DNA of 64,000 nt from Eledone cirrhosa (Eukaryota): NCBI GenBank assembly GCA_964016885.1, contig OZ024746.1, forward strand, positions 17,794,001 through 17,858,000, written 5' to 3'. Numbering within the stretch: position 1 is the first letter of the stretch; every line of letters begins with the position of its first letter. Shown piece by piece: positions 62,673 to 64,000 of this stretch. The notes beneath the pieces were generated by a model. The model did not search any database, was not told the origin of the DNA, and saw only the letters and a program-made list of their open reading frames with translations. Made by a program: the position numbers and the translations under genes.

Positions 62673-63526
62673 ATGCGTGTGTGTGTGGTTTTTTTTGTAT
62701 ATATTATGTGGTTATGTTGTGTGTGTGTATATATATATATTATATTTTAAATCATTAAAAGGGAGAAAGTTGCTGGTTTCAGTAGCCATGGTAAATATCA
62801 GTATGAGCTGCACAACCCGGTTACACTGGTGGCTATATATTACATATATTTGTGTGTGGCTTGACTCATTTTTATATATAATGACTGATTTCTGAATGAC
62901 CAGTTTAACTCACAATATTATGCTGAAAGTCTGTCTTATTAAAATAATTTCCACTACAAAAATAATATCTGTGATTTCCAACAAAAATTACATTATTAAT
63001 ATTATTATTGATAATAATAACAATAAATATTTTGAAAAAAAAAAAAGGCAAAAGGTCAGGAAGGAAGAAATAATGTATATTTTGTTGGTAAATATTTTAT
63101 TTAATGTGTAAATTATAGCTGCGTTCTCTGAACGTCAAAATATCCAGTACTTGTTTACTGTCAACTATTTTGGTCCAGATATTATCACCATTATTATTAA
63201 AGTACCAAATGAAGTACCCAGAGTCGATTTTAATCAACTTTACCCTTCCCCCTAAAATTGTTGGCCACGTGCCTAAATTAGAACCATTATTATTATTATT
63301 ATTATCATCATCATACATTATTTTGTCCTTTAAAAATATGTAGATGTTTCCTTTGTCAACAACATCGTAACATACAATACACTCACACATGATAAAAATG
63401 TAAATATGCATTTATAAGTATTTATGTACTTGTATATATATATATATATATATATATGCCTATATAAGTATTTGTGCTTTGTATAAGTGCAAATATGTAT
63501 GCACATATTTATGTACTTGTATATAC

Positions 63527-63575
<49 letters not shown>

Positions 63576-64000
63576 CATATACTGTTACTGAATATTCAAA
63601 AGAAACAATATATTCAAAAAAGTTAACCGATCATTTGAGTTTTGTCTTTGTGTTTATATATATATATTTATTTATATATGTATTTCTACATTTTTCCCGC
63701 AGTTCTCTGTTTGTCTTTGTCTGGTTTGATATGTGTGGGTGGTTAGTCTCCTTTAATATGCTTCAGCGGTCACACCAGTCAGTTGTATCAACAACACATA
63801 TCTTCCACCACAACAAAACTGTTTGTCTGTGTCTAGATTTCTTTACCTTATCAACATCCCTCGTGGTTTTCTGGGAGAAAGGTTTTAGAGAAAATAATAT
63901 ATTTGTTGGTGGGGCGGGGGGTATCTCGCTTTAGCTAAATAAGCCGGCACAGTCTATGAAACGAAAGATACCTGCATCATTTTCGTTGTAAATCTTCGAC

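Overview
Eukaryotic, AT-rich animal genomic DNA, dense in microsatellites and transposons. The SINE and RTE content suggests a cephalopod (Octopus-like); this is inferred, not proven. Three genes can be reconstructed by hand. (1) A + strand SLC22 organic-ion transporter with 8 visible coding exons, 13367-23005; the start-codon exon was not located. (2) A convergent - strand MTBP (Mdm2-binding protein, Treslin partner) with 20 exons, about 872 aa, 46825-28165, containing a U12-type minor intron. (3) A divergent, intronless + strand FRAT/GBP-family GSK3-binding protein, 61580-62416, a Wnt regulator classically regarded as vertebrate-specific. Mobile DNA includes a Penelope-like RT, a CR1-type LINE with a 33-bp flanking duplication, RTE LINEs (one with an in-frame PHD finger inside the RT, one 5'-inverted), two tRNA-SINE families, a non-autonomous Helitron and several MITEs. 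At least six type-I hammerhead-ribozyme motifs with palindromic stem III sit in small elements among (TA)n microsatellites; two have very long stem II inserts and two form a 130-bp inverted repeat. Most ORFs in the supplied track are microsatellite or antisense-TE artefacts. All homology calls come from recalled family motifs; no database searches were run.
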